From positions 1-55,165 of the forward strand of contig CAYMZX010000013.1 of the NCBI GenBank assembly GCA_964395115.1: a stretch of 55,165 nt of DNA, read 5' to 3'. Shown in pieces: positions 16,582 to 25,495 of the stretch. Under the pieces are notes generated by a model. That model ran no database searches, had not been told where the DNA came from, and saw nothing but the letters and a program-made list of their open reading frames with translations. Position 1 is the first letter of the stretch. The number at the start of each line of letters is the position of its first letter. A program made the translations under genes and the position numbers. This DNA is from an uncultured Gammaproteobacteria bacterium (GTDB lineage: Bacteria > Patescibacteriota > Microgenomatia > UBA8517).

Positions 16582-17640
16582 TTAACTTTCCAGCTTAATT
16601 TTTTCTACTCCTTTGAATCCTTTAATGAAGTGTGGGTTTGCGGTCGTAATAACAGTCTGTTGTTTTTCCGAAATTTTCATAACGATACGTCTGTGCTTGT
16701 CGTCCAGCTCGGAAAAAATATCATCTAAAAGCAGTGTAGGTCTTATTCCTTTTTTGTCCTCAACAAATGAAAGTTCGCCAATTTTCAGCCATAAAACCCC
16801 CATTCTTTGCTCGCCACGACTGCCGAATCTGGCCAAATCTTTATTTTTTAAGCTCAATATAAAATCGTCGCGATGGGGGCCAACCAAAGTGGTTGCTGCT
16901 GCTATTTCCTCTTCGCTGTACTGTTCTAAGCGCGCCTCGGTAATGGGATTTTTGTCATACTCGATCTGAAAAACTTGGTCATCGAGGGGCGGGCTAGATC
17001 TAATAAAATCGAGGAATTCTTCTCTTCTAGAAGAAATATAATCCCCGTTTTTGATAAGAAGCCTATCCCAAAAAAGAAGCTGACTCCGAGATATTCCTTC
17101 TTCCCTAATCCTCAAAAGTAATCGATTGCGCTGTCTTAATCCTTTCTCATAGGAAAGAGTAGCTCTTCGGTATTCCCGGTCAATTTGCGACAGCGCGAAA
17201 TCTAGAAATTTCCTCCGCAAGGAGGGAGACTCCGTTACTAAATCAAGATCTTGGGGACCGAAAAGTGTCACTTTAAAATTTCCGGCAAAATCTATTAATC
17301 GTTTGCTTACCCCGTTTATTAAAAGTTTTTTTCGGGGGATTCTTTCCGGCCGAGAATTACCTATATCAATCGTCCCCCTTGTTAAAATAGCCTCTAAATC
17401 GGTTGTTTTCTCTGTTACGATACGGCCTTTTATTCTAGCCATTTCCTTTTTGTAGTTAATCATCTCCTCCTCTACTCTGGCTCTAAAACTTTTGCCAGTT
17501 GAGAGAAAAGATAAGCTCTCTAAAATATTAGTTTTTCCCGAAGCATTGGGTCCGATAATAACGGTTGTCTTCGGGGAAAATTCTAAAAGTTTGGTTTTGA
17601 AGTTTCTGAAATCGTTTAGGCGAAGTTTCGTTATTTGCAT
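16582..17640 (-). CDS. recF: DNA replication/repair protein RecF
   Basis: MQITKLRLNDFRNF...GPNASGKTNILES Walker A and LLLDDIFSELD Walker B. ATG 17640 overlaps the fpg stop (TAATG). Confidence 0.88.
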   Translation of the reverse strand: MQITKLRLNDFRNFKTKLLEFSPKTTVIIGPNASGKTNILESLSFLSTGKSFRARVEEEMINYKKEMARIKGRIVTEKTTDLEAILTRGTIDIGNSRPERIPRKKLLINGVSKRLIDFAGNFKVTLFGPQDLDLVTESPSLRRKFLDFALSQIDREYRRATLSYEKGLRQRNRLLLRIREEGISRSQLLFWDRLLIKNGDYISSRREEFLDFIRSSPPLDDQVFQIEYDKNPITEARLEQYSEEEIAAATTLVGPHRDDFILSLKNKDLARFGSRGEQRMGVLWLKIGELSFVEDKKGIRPTLLLDDIFSELDDKHRRIVMKISEKQQTVITTANPHFIKGFKGVEKIKLES

Positions 17641-18491
17641 TATCTTTGGCAAGTAGGGCAGAAAAAAGTACCTCGGCCGCCGAGATTGATTCTCTTGATT
17701 TTCCCTCCACATTTGTTGCATTGCTGGTTTTCTCTTTGATAAACGCGGAAGTGTTTTTGATATTCACCGGCCTCCCCGGTCGGTTTTATATAAGCTTCGT
17801 CGGCGGCCGAAGAACCACCATATTTTAATCCCTCTTTTAGAACCTTGAAGACTGCATCTTTTAATTTTTTTAACTGAATTTCCGTCAATTCTTTGGCCGG
17901 TCGAGTTGGTAAAATGCCGGCTTCAAACAAGGCTTCGTTGGCATAGATATTACCTATCCCGGCAATTTTCTCCTGATCCATTAGAACCAGTTTAATCGGT
18001 TTCTTTGTCTTTGAAAAAGCCTGTTTGAGATATTCATGACTGAAATTTTCAGTTAACGGTTCTACTCCTAATTTGTCTGTTTCTTTCTCCAAATCATTTT
18101 CGTCAATTACTTTAACCCAGCCAAACTGACGAAGGTCGTTAAAAAAAAGTTGACCGCCGTCGATATCAAAAATTATATGGGTAGTCTTTGCTGGGAGTTC
18201 GCTTCCGGCAAATGGAATTGGATGACCAAGGGTAACTCTTCTTCCCTTCCCTGGAACCCATACCAGCTGGCCGGTGAGCTTAAAATGAATTACCAAATTT
18301 TTCCCGCCGGAAAGAGAAATTATTAAAATTTTCCCCCTTCTTTTTATCGCTGTTACTCTTTTCCCGAGAACTTGTTTTTTCTCGCCCTTAAATTGTTTTG
18401 CTAAAAGAATTTGTACTCCAACGATTCTTTTTCCAAGGAGAGATTTTTCTAAACTTCTTTTGATAGTTTCTACTTCTGGAAGCTCCGGCAT
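17640..18491 (-). CDS. mutM: Formamidopyrimidine-DNA glycosylase
   Basis: N-terminal MPELPEVE and C-terminal zinc finger CNKCGGKIKRINLGGRGTFFCPTCQ. Confidence 0.92.
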   Translation of the reverse strand: MPELPEVETIKRSLEKSLLGKRIVGVQILLAKQFKGEKKQVLGKRVTAIKRRGKILIISLSGGKNLVIHFKLTGQLVWVPGKGRRVTLGHPIPFAGSELPAKTTHIIFDIDGGQLFFNDLRQFGWVKVIDENDLEKETDKLGVEPLTENFSHEYLKQAFSKTKKPIKLVLMDQEKIAGIGNIYANEALFEAGILPTRPAKELTEIQLKKLKDAVFKVLKEGLKYGGSSAADEAYIKPTGEAGEYQKHFRVYQRENQQCNKCGGKIKRINLGGRGTFFCPTCQR

Positions 18492-18508
18492 GTCTTATTT
18501 TTGGTATC

Positions 18509-19642
18509 TCATCTTCTTATATTTTTATTTTTAAACATTAAATTCACAAGGTCTTTAATCTCGGAGACAAACCTTTCTTTGGAAAACCTTCTAGCATGAC
18601 TGACACAAACAACAGATTTTATTTCCATCTTTTCGAATTTTTTAATTGCCTCGACAAGAGATCCAACCGTTGCCTCTTTAAAAAATACTCCGGTTTTTCC
18701 TTCAATAACCGACTCTACAACCCCTCCTGACCGAAGAGCAATCACCGGTGTCCCAACTGCCATTGCCTCAACCGGGGTAATTCCAAACTCCTCCGACTCG
18801 GCAGGGAAAATATACGCCTTGGCCTTGGCCATTAGCTTGAACTTTTCTTCATCCGTTATTTCCCCCAAAAACTCAATAGTCTTTCCCGACATTTTTTTGA
18901 GTTCGCTGGCATAGTTTTGAAAATCCCGACCAAAGATTTTCAAAGAAATCTTTAGTTTGTTGGCTGCTTTTATAGCCAAGTCCACTCTTTTAGGTCTGGC
19001 CAATCTCCCTCCGGCAAGATAAAAGTTTTCTTTCTTGGTTTCGTGAAACCTTTCCGGGATATCAACTGGTGGATAGATTACTTTCGCCTTTCGCCGATAA
19101 AATTTTTCGATTCTAGCCTTTGTCTCATAGGAATTGGCAACCGCTATTTGAGGTCTTTGACTAGCCTCAAAATCCAATAGTCTTAAGAAATGTATTGGTA
19201 TTTGCCCAAAAAAGAAAAGGATTCTTCTCCACCAAATACTTCTCCATGGGGCAGCCGTTGGATAACCATATAGAAAGCGTGGCGGAGCATGGTAGTAACA
19301 TAAATGTTTTGTTTTCCTACCTGTTTTGACAAAGTTAGGGCTCACATAAGTACCGGCTTCGGAAACAACCACTAGATCATATTTCGATAGATCAATTGAT
19401 TTAAAAATCCACGGGGCGATAAATCTGGAAGGACTTAAAAGTTTTTCCTTGAAAGGAAAACGTTGCAGAAAAGAGGGTCTAATATCCCATTTTTTTATCC
19501 TCTCTCGGTGGGGACCCAAGAAATTGGGACTATAAATAGCCGTAAAAATAGGCGCCTTTGGCCAAATTTCATGAAGCGCCTCAAGGACCCTTTCTGCTCC
19601 TCCGTATTCTTTAAGGTAATCGTGTACCAGAGCAACTTTCAT
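18509..19642 (-). CDS. Glycosyltransferase family 4 (GT-B)
   Basis: MKVALVHDYL... and the C-terminal EEFGITPVEAMAVGTPVIA motif. Confidence 0.8.
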   Translation of the reverse strand: MKVALVHDYLKEYGGAERVLEALHEIWPKAPIFTAIYSPNFLGPHRERIKKWDIRPSFLQRFPFKEKLLSPSRFIAPWIFKSIDLSKYDLVVVSEAGTYVSPNFVKTGRKTKHLCYYHAPPRFLYGYPTAAPWRSIWWRRILFFFGQIPIHFLRLLDFEASQRPQIAVANSYETKARIEKFYRRKAKVIYPPVDIPERFHETKKENFYLAGGRLARPKRVDLAIKAANKLKISLKIFGRDFQNYASELKKMSGKTIEFLGEITDEEKFKLMAKAKAYIFPAESEEFGITPVEAMAVGTPVIALRSGGVVESVIEGKTGVFFKEATVGSLVEAIKKFEKMEIKSVVCVSHARRFSKERFVSEIKDLVNLMFKNKNIRR

Positions 19643-19664
19643 AAAAGAACACCCAGTTTTTCGC

Positions 19665-20558
19665 TTAAAAAAGTGTTTCTTGTTTATCTAAATCCGCTTG
19701 TCTAGCCATTTTTTTAACCCGATCCAAAAGACTTTTAAATCCGAGTTCGGTAAAAACTCTCAAGAGTTTTTCGTTGTTGACCAGCTTCCATTTTCCCGAT
19801 GCTGCCAAGTCACCCCTGAGAGGAACGTTGGTAACAATTCTAGCCAGTTTTAGAGACAAATAGGCACTGCTTTTTCCTTTGACTAATTTTTCTCTTACGG
19901 AGGGAGGGATTTTACTCAAGTTTTTGTAAATACCGCCCAGACTTTTGTAGCGATTAAGAAGATTGGCGGCTGTTTTTGGACCTATCCCGGCTACTCCGGG
20001 ATAATTATCGGATGGATCACCAACAAGTGCTTTATATTCAGGAATTTGTGAGGGGTAAATTCCCATTTTTTCCATAACTTCTTTCTCACCCATTAGTTTT
20101 GCGCTCGAAAGACCAACCACAGGAAGGTAGACTTTGATTTTGGAATTGACCAGTTGCAACATGTCTCTGTCTCCCGTGATAATAATTACCTCTTGTTTCG
20201 CTTTTTTCGCCAAGGTACCAATTATGTCATCTGCCTCAAAACCCCTTTTGGAATACACCGGAATGCCGAATGCTTCAATAACGGTTTTTGCTTTAGCGAA
20301 TTGACTCGAAAGTTCGTTGGCAATCGTCGGTCTTTGGGCTTGATAAGTAGGACATATTTTATGTCGGAAGGTAACTCCCTTTTCATCAAAGCATATGGCG
20401 ATATGACTTGGTTTAAGATCTTGGATCGCCCTTAAAAGCATCGTGATAAGGCCATAGACAGCATTTACCGGCTCGCCTCGCTTGGTGGTCAAAACGGGAA
20501 GAGCATGAAACGCCCGATGAAGAATCGCATTTCCATCAATAAGGATTAACTTTGACAC
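19665..20558 (-). CDS. Stand-alone 5'-3' exonuclease / flap endonuclease (Pol I N-terminal domain homologue)
   Basis: LILIDGNAILHRAFHALP, FEADDIIGT, GDRDMLQL, GVAGIGPKTA (H3TH). At 297 aa it has no polymerase domain. Confidence 0.88.
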   Translation of the reverse strand: MSKLILIDGNAILHRAFHALPVLTTKRGEPVNAVYGLITMLLRAIQDLKPSHIAICFDEKGVTFRHKICPTYQAQRPTIANELSSQFAKAKTVIEAFGIPVYSKRGFEADDIIGTLAKKAKQEVIIITGDRDMLQLVNSKIKVYLPVVGLSSAKLMGEKEVMEKMGIYPSQIPEYKALVGDPSDNYPGVAGIGPKTAANLLNRYKSLGGIYKNLSKIPPSVREKLVKGKSSAYLSLKLARIVTNVPLRGDLAASGKWKLVNNEKLLRVFTELGFKSLLDRVKKMARQADLDKQETLF

Positions 20559-20565
20559 AAGTTTT

Positions 20566-22404
20566 TTAATTCGAACTCTTTTTTCCTACAATTTTCTCGA
20601 AATCATCCCTGTCTATGGTCTCCTTTTCTAGTAATTTTCTTGCCACCCTGTCAAGCGTCTTCCTATTTTTCTTAACTATCCCGATTGCTTCTTGATAACT
20701 CTCTTCAATAATTTTTTGGACTTCCTTATCTACTTTCTCCTGCATGGCGGGAGAGATGTGGGGAGATTCATACCATTCAAGTTGGCCAAATTCTCCCAAG
20801 CTTGATTCCGGTCCAAGGTTAATGGGTCCCAAATCGCTCATTCCCCATTCGATAACCATCGCTCTAGCCAATTTAGTAGCCTGGTCTATGTCGTTAGCTG
20901 CCCCGGAGGTCATCTCATTGAAAACTATTTCCTCGGCGGCCCGCCCCCCTAACATAGCTGTGATTTGCTGTAAAATTCTACTTTTTGTTTCATGAACTCT
21001 ATCTGCCGCTGGAGGAATAAGTGTGTGTCCTAAACTCATTCCTCGAGCAACAATAGAAATTCTGTGTACCGGATCCATTTTGGGCAAGAAGTGAGTCACG
21101 ATCGCATGACCGGCCTCGTGGTAAGCGGTTAAGTTTCTATCTTCGCGACTTTGTAATTTCTTTTTGGCGGGTCCCAATTTAACTTTAGTAGCCGCCTCTT
21201 CTATTTCCTTTTCTTCAATACTTCCCTTGTTTCCCCGGGCGGCAAGAATGGCCGCTTCATTTAGCATGTTCTCCAAATCTGCCCCCGAAAAACCGACCGT
21301 CCTATCCGCGATTCTTTCCCAATCGATTTCTTTGGCAAATTTTTTCCCCCTGGCATGAATCTTAAGAATCGCCAATCTACCCTCCTTGTCCGGCATATCC
21401 AATGTCACCCGTCTATCAAATCTTCCGGGTCTTAATAGTGCAGGATCCAGTAAGTCGCCGCGGTTGGTAGCGGCAATAACGACTACGTTATCGTTGGGAG
21501 TAAAACCATCCATCTCGACCAATATCTGATTTAATGTTTGTTCTCGCTCGTCGTGCCCGCCTATAAACCCTCTACCCCGCTGACGACCGATGGCATCAAT
21601 TTCATCAATAAAAATGATGGCAGGGGCAGCTGCTTTGGCTTGACCAAAGAGGTCTCTGACACGGGAGGCCCCAACTCCCACCAACATCTCCATAAATTCG
21701 CTTCCTGCCATGGAAAAGAACGGCACTCCAGCTTCCCCTGCCACTGCTCTAGCCAAAAGAGTTTTTCCTACCCCAGATGGCCCTACCAATAGGACTCCTT
21801 TCGGGGTACGAGCCCCAATTTTTTGATATTTAGCCGGATTTTTTAAAAAATCGACTACCTCTTCCAATTCGGCTTTGGCATCGTCCACTCCGGCTACATC
21901 TTTAAAGGTAATGTTTTGTTTTCCTTTGGCAAAAAGCCTGGCTCGAGAACGACCGAAAGAAAAGATGTCTTGAGCTCCCCTGTTCTGGGCTCTGATGATA
22001 AAAAGGAAAAAAACAGCCATGAGGGCAAGAGGTAAAACGATACTTAAAATTTCGCCGATAGCCTTACTTGCTGTCTGGTCACTAACGGTGTAACTGATCG
22101 AGGTTGGCGGAATTCCAGCCTTATCCAAAATGTCAACAAAACTTTCATTTTCTTCCTTAACAGTATATTTGATGATTCCATCTTTATAAGTGAGCAGAAT
22201 CTTCGTGTTCTCGACAATTATTTTCTCTACCTTCTCGTTTTTAATATCATTGAGAGCTTGAGAGAGATCTATTCGGCTTTTGCTCCCGAAATCTAAAGCA
22301 GAAAAGAAAATAGGAAGAACGAAAAGAATTACAAAAATTCCCAGAAGTATTGTCCATAGGTTAATTTTGAACCTGAATTGAAAATGTTTTAAGTCTTTTT
22401 TCAT
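20566..22404 (-). CDS. ftsH: ATP-dependent zinc metalloprotease FtsH
   Basis: Two TM segments, AAA+ Walker [19 protein letters not shown], Walker B IIFIDEID and zinc motif HEAGHA. Confidence 0.95.
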   Translation of the reverse strand: MKKDLKHFQFRFKINLWTILLGIFVILFVLPIFFSALDFGSKSRIDLSQALNDIKNEKVEKIIVENTKILLTYKDGIIKYTVKEENESFVDILDKAGIPPTSISYTVSDQTASKAIGEILSIVLPLALMAVFFLFIIRAQNRGAQDIFSFGRSRARLFAKGKQNITFKDVAGVDDAKAELEEVVDFLKNPAKYQKIGARTPKGVLLVGPSGVGKTLLARAVAGEAGVPFFSMAGSEFMEMLVGVGASRVRDLFGQAKAAAPAIIFIDEIDAIGRQRGRGFIGGHDEREQTLNQILVEMDGFTPNDNVVVIAATNRGDLLDPALLRPGRFDRRVTLDMPDKEGRLAILKIHARGKKFAKEIDWERIADRTVGFSGADLENMLNEAAILAARGNKGSIEEKEIEEAATKVKLGPAKKKLQSREDRNLTAYHEAGHAIVTHFLPKMDPVHRISIVARGMSLGHTLIPPAADRVHETKSRILQQITAMLGGRAAEEIVFNEMTSGAANDIDQATKLARAMVIEWGMSDLGPINLGPESSLGEFGQLEWYESPHISPAMQEKVDKEVQKIIEESYQEAIGIVKKNRKTLDRVARKLLEKETIDRDDFEKIVGKKSSN

Positions 22405-22434
22405 AATTTTTTGGCTTGCAAATTATATCACTTA

Positions 22435-22773
22435 TCAATGAACTTTAACTCCGGGAGAGGTTTCTTTCTCGGGAATAAGCAGAATGCAATTTTCTGACTT
22501 TTCATCTTCGGCCGCCAAAATCATCCCTTGAGACTCTTCCCCCATCATTTTTTTGGGTTCGAGATTAACTACAAAAATATAATTCTTTCCTTCTAGGTCT
22601 TTGGTTTGATACCATTTTTTGATACCTGACAGGATAATCCGCTTTCCTATCTTGCCAAAATCCACCGTGAGCCTGATTAGGCTTTTGGCCCCTGAAATAT
22701 CCTCGGCTTTAATTACTTTTCCGACCCGAAAATCCAGTCTTTTGAAATCTTCGAAAGAGGCTGTTTTTTTCAT
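22435..22773 (-). CDS. tRNA-binding domain protein (CsaA/Trbp111-like)
   Basis: DFRVGKVIKAE...VVNLEPKKMMGEESQGMILAA matches the OB-fold tRNA-binding domain. 4-nt overlap with trpS. Confidence 0.8.
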   Translation of the reverse strand: MKKTASFEDFKRLDFRVGKVIKAEDISGAKSLIRLTVDFGKIGKRIILSGIKKWYQTKDLEGKNYIFVVNLEPKKMMGEESQGMILAAEDEKSENCILLIPEKETSPGVKVH

Positions 22774-23753
22774 AGTCCCATCGCTTCCTTGGTTTCTCTA
22801 ACCGTTTGCCTTGCCACTTTGCGGGCTCTATTGGCCCCTTCCTTTAAAATTTTCTCTACTAAAGCCGGCTTCTTTTCAAAGTCCTTTCTTTTTTCTCGGA
22901 TAGGGTTAAGTTCTCTATCTATTGTCTCTGCCAGCCTTCTTTTTAAGTCCGAGTATTGCACTCCTTCTTTTAGATATTTATCTTCGTAGTCCTTTCTTTT
23001 TGTCTCTCCTTCAAAAAGGCCGACCAGAGTCAGGAGGGCGGCTACTCCTCCAGTTTGGGGAATTTTTCTTCCCTTTCCTAAATCGGTAGGGATTTTGGCC
23101 AATTTTTTTTTGATTGTTTCCAGACTGTCAGTTAAATTAATATAACTTCCTTCAACCGATTTGCTCATTTTGCCCTGCCCCGTTAAGGAGGGAATATACT
23201 CCCCCTTGGTAATATATCTTTTTGGTTCAGGAAAGTTTAAACCATAAAGACTATTCATCTTTCTAGCAATTTCTCTCGCAATCTCCAAATGTGGCTCTTG
23301 GTCTATCCCGACTGGAACTGCCTCTGCTTTGTATGCCAAGATATCCGCCGCCATTAAGACTGGATAGTAAAGGAGGGCGACCGTTGAGTGTTGGGGATAC
23401 TGTTTCACTTTTTCTTTGTAAGTGGGCAGGTGTTGCATTCTGGCTAAGGAAATAGCTGTCGAAAAAAGATAAGCAAGTTCGAGATGCTCCGGAACTTGGG
23501 ATTGAACGAAAATTGTCGACCTTTCGGGATCCAGACCAACGGCTAGATAATCCAAAACTACTTCCCTGACCTCTTTTTTGAGAGTCTTTGGGTCGCAAGG
23601 TGTAGTCAGAGTATGAAGATCAGCCACCATATAAAAAGTTTCGTACCGTGGATCTTTTTGTAAAGACAGCATCCCCTTAACCGCACCAAAATAATTACCT
23701 AAATGAAGGCGGCCTGTAGCTCTGATCCCCGACAATACCCGCTTTTTAGACAT
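22770..23753 (-). CDS. trpS: Tryptophan--tRNA ligase
   Basis: Class I motifs TGRLHLGNYFGA (HIGH-like) and KMSKS; 327 aa. Confidence 0.92.
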   Translation of the reverse strand: MSKKRVLSGIRATGRLHLGNYFGAVKGMLSLQKDPRYETFYMVADLHTLTTPCDPKTLKKEVREVVLDYLAVGLDPERSTIFVQSQVPEHLELAYLFSTAISLARMQHLPTYKEKVKQYPQHSTVALLYYPVLMAADILAYKAEAVPVGIDQEPHLEIAREIARKMNSLYGLNFPEPKRYITKGEYIPSLTGQGKMSKSVEGSYINLTDSLETIKKKLAKIPTDLGKGRKIPQTGGVAALLTLVGLFEGETKRKDYEDKYLKEGVQYSDLKRRLAETIDRELNPIREKRKDFEKKPALVEKILKEGANRARKVARQTVRETKEAMGL

Positions 23754-23774
23754 ACTCGGTTGATTTTATCATCA

Positions 23775-23803
23775 TTGAGGCTAATTTAGAAGCATGGTAT
23801 AAT
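23775..23803 (+). promoter_or_regulatory. Promoter for the two CAU tRNAs
   Basis: TTGAGG (23775-23780), 17 nt spacer, TGgTATAAT (TATAAT 23798-23803). It lies 12 nt upstream of the first tRNA. Confidence 0.55.
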
Positions 23804-23815
23804 ATCGCACATACA

Positions 23816-23885
23816 TGCGGGGTAGTGTACGGCTGCACGGAAGGCTCATAATCTTCCAGGCCAGGTTCAACTCCTGGCCCCGCAA
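23816..23885 (+). tRNA. tRNA with CAU anticodon (Met elongator or Ile2), short D-loop
   Basis: TGCGGGG-TA-GTGT-ACGGCT-GCAC-G-GAAGG-CTCATAA-TCTTC-CAGG-CCAGG-TTCAACT-CCTGG-CCCCGCA-A. No encoded CCA. Confidence 0.75.
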
Positions 23886-23893
23886 CAAAACCC

Positions 23894-23968
23894 GCTAGAG
23901 TAGCTCAGTGGCAGAGCAGGCGTTTCATAAGCGCAAGGCCGTCGGTTCGAATCCGACCTCTAGCACCA
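23894..23968 (+). tRNA. tRNA with CAU anticodon (Met elongator or Ile2), CCA encoded
   Basis: GCTAGAG-TA-GCTC-AGTGGCA-GAGC...TTCATAA loop...GTCGG-TTCGAAT-CCGAC-CTCTAGC-A-CCA. Confidence 0.85.
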
Positions 23969-23969
23969 G

Positions 23970-24362
23970 TCAGTAAAAAAGCTTCAGCCATTTTTTCCAG
24001 GTAGGATCAGGTAGAATATCTTCTTCTTCTGGTATGGGTGGGGCCAGCTTTCTTAAAATCTCCGCCTCCGGCAAAACAATGACTATTTCTCCCTCCTTGG
24101 CCAATCCCAGTTTATCTCTCAATTGTTTCTCTAAGTATGGCTCTCCTTTCAATTCAGCCATTTTCTTTTGAATTTCCTCATTCTCCTTTTTAAGCTTTTC
24201 GACCCTTTCTAATGCTCTATCAATTCTTTTTTTGGCCTCAAACACCCGCGGAAGATTTCTAGCTATCGAGAAAATAAAAAAAAGAAGAAGAATAACAGTC
24301 AAAACGAAATAGACTTTTTTTAGTTTCTCCTTAAATTTTTCTATAAATCTAGCTTTCTTCAT
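23970..24362 (-). CDS. Septum formation initiator family protein (FtsB/DivIC-like)
   Basis: Single TM helix, a coiled coil (LERVEKLKKENEEIQKKMAEL), then YLEKQLRDKLGLAKEGEIVI. Confidence 0.7.
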   Translation of the reverse strand: MKKARFIEKFKEKLKKVYFVLTVILLLFFIFSIARNLPRVFEAKKRIDRALERVEKLKKENEEIQKKMAELKGEPYLEKQLRDKLGLAKEGEIVIVLPEAEILRKLAPPIPEEEDILPDPTWKKWLKLFY

Positions 24363-24382
24363 ATTATTCTACCTATAATATA

Positions 24383-24410
24383 TTGACCTTTGTTTTTTTT
24401 GTGCTATTAT
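24383..24410 (+). promoter_or_regulatory. Promoter of the recombinase gene
   Basis: TTGACC (24383-24388), 16 nt spacer, TGcTATTAT (24405-24410). Confidence 0.45.
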
Positions 24411-24469
24411 ATTGTACTTGTTGCCAAAAGATCATGTCTTAATCTAGTAATAAACATTTTAATCATATT

Positions 24470-25333
24470 ATGAAACAGGAACCACTTAAAACTTTGCTTC
24501 CTAAATTTATTGAAAACCTGTCTCAAAAGGGCCGCTCTCCGGCTACAATTCTGGCATATCGAGCGGATTTGGAACAGTTAGTTGATTTCCTTTTAAAAAA
24601 AGATAAGGTTCTTCCAGATCAAATAAGACATCCTGATTTAGAGGCATTTCGAGACGCTCTTCTGGCGGAAAAATATACCCCAAAAAGTGTTTCCAGAAAA
24701 CTCAATGCTGTCAAAACTTTTTTTAGATGGCTAATTTCGGAAAATCATATAATAGCCGATCCTTCGGTTGGAGTCGCCCATCCAAAAATTGAGCCAACTT
24801 TGCCGAAATTTCTCTCTCAGCTTGAATATCGTGCTTTGAGAGATGTTGTTCGAAATGATATCAGAATCGCCACCATCGTTGAAATCATTCTTCAATCGGG
24901 AATGAGAATCTCCGAAGTTGCCAATTTAAAACTCGCCAACCTCAAGGGAGACGTGATTAAGATCGACGCCTACGCAACTCAACCGGAAAGAATAATTCCT
25001 CTAAATAAACCGGCAAGGGAAGCCTTGAAGCTTTATCTCGCTGTTAGGCCTAAATCCGACTCTCGTTTTGTTTTCGTCAGCAAAAACGGCAAGCCACTGG
25101 CAGTCAGAAATATAAGGGCGGCTATTGATAGATATATGCAAAAGGCCGAAATTCCTTCTTATTCTGTCAATGATTTAAGAACAACTTTCATTGTGGAAAA
25201 TCTCAAGGCCGGTGTTGATTTGGTTCTTCTTTCCCAGGTAGTAGGTCACAAGCGGCTTTCTACCACCGAAAGGTATTTGGAACTAGCCGGAGTTAAGGAA
25301 CCGGGCAAGCGCCAAGCTCTCGCCGAGCTTTAA
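24470..25333 (+). CDS. Tyrosine recombinase, XerC/XerD-like
   Basis: N-terminal SAM-like core-binding domain. Catalytic domain with SGMRISEV (Arg I), NDLRTTF (Arg II box), VGHKRLSTTERYLEL (His, Tyr). Confidence 0.8.
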   Translation: MKQEPLKTLLPKFIENLSQKGRSPATILAYRADLEQLVDFLLKKDKVLPDQIRHPDLEAFRDALLAEKYTPKSVSRKLNAVKTFFRWLISENHIIADPSVGVAHPKIEPTLPKFLSQLEYRALRDVVRNDIRIATIVEIILQSGMRISEVANLKLANLKGDVIKIDAYATQPERIIPLNKPAREALKLYLAVRPKSDSRFVFVSKNGKPLAVRNIRAAIDRYMQKAEIPSYSVNDLRTTFIVENLKAGVDLVLLSQVVGHKRLSTTERYLELAGVKEPGKRQALAEL

Positions 25334-25337
25334 TTTC

Positions 25338-25366
25338 TTCAATCAATTTTTAATTGGTGTTATAAT
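25338..25366 (+). promoter_or_regulatory. Promoter of tRNA-Ile(UAU)
   Basis: TTCAAT (25338-25343), 17 nt spacer, TGtTATAAT (TATAAT 25361-25366). Confidence 0.5.
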
Positions 25367-25388
25367 TTGACTTTAATAGCAGGATTCG

Positions 25389-25464
25389 GGGCTGGTAGTT
25401 CAGCGGTTAGAACGCCACTCTTATAAAGTGGAAGTCGATGGTTCGAATCCATCCCAGCCCACCA
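25389..25464 (+). tRNA. tRNA-Ile (anticodon UAU), CCA encoded
   Basis: GGGCTGG-TA-GTTC-AGCGGTTA-GAAC-G-CCACT-CTTATAA-AGTGG-AAGTC-GATGG-TTCGAAT-CCATC-CCAGCCC-A-CCA. Confidence 0.88.
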
Positions 25465-25495
25465 TCTTTTCTTTTCTATTTTTTGTCAAAAAACC

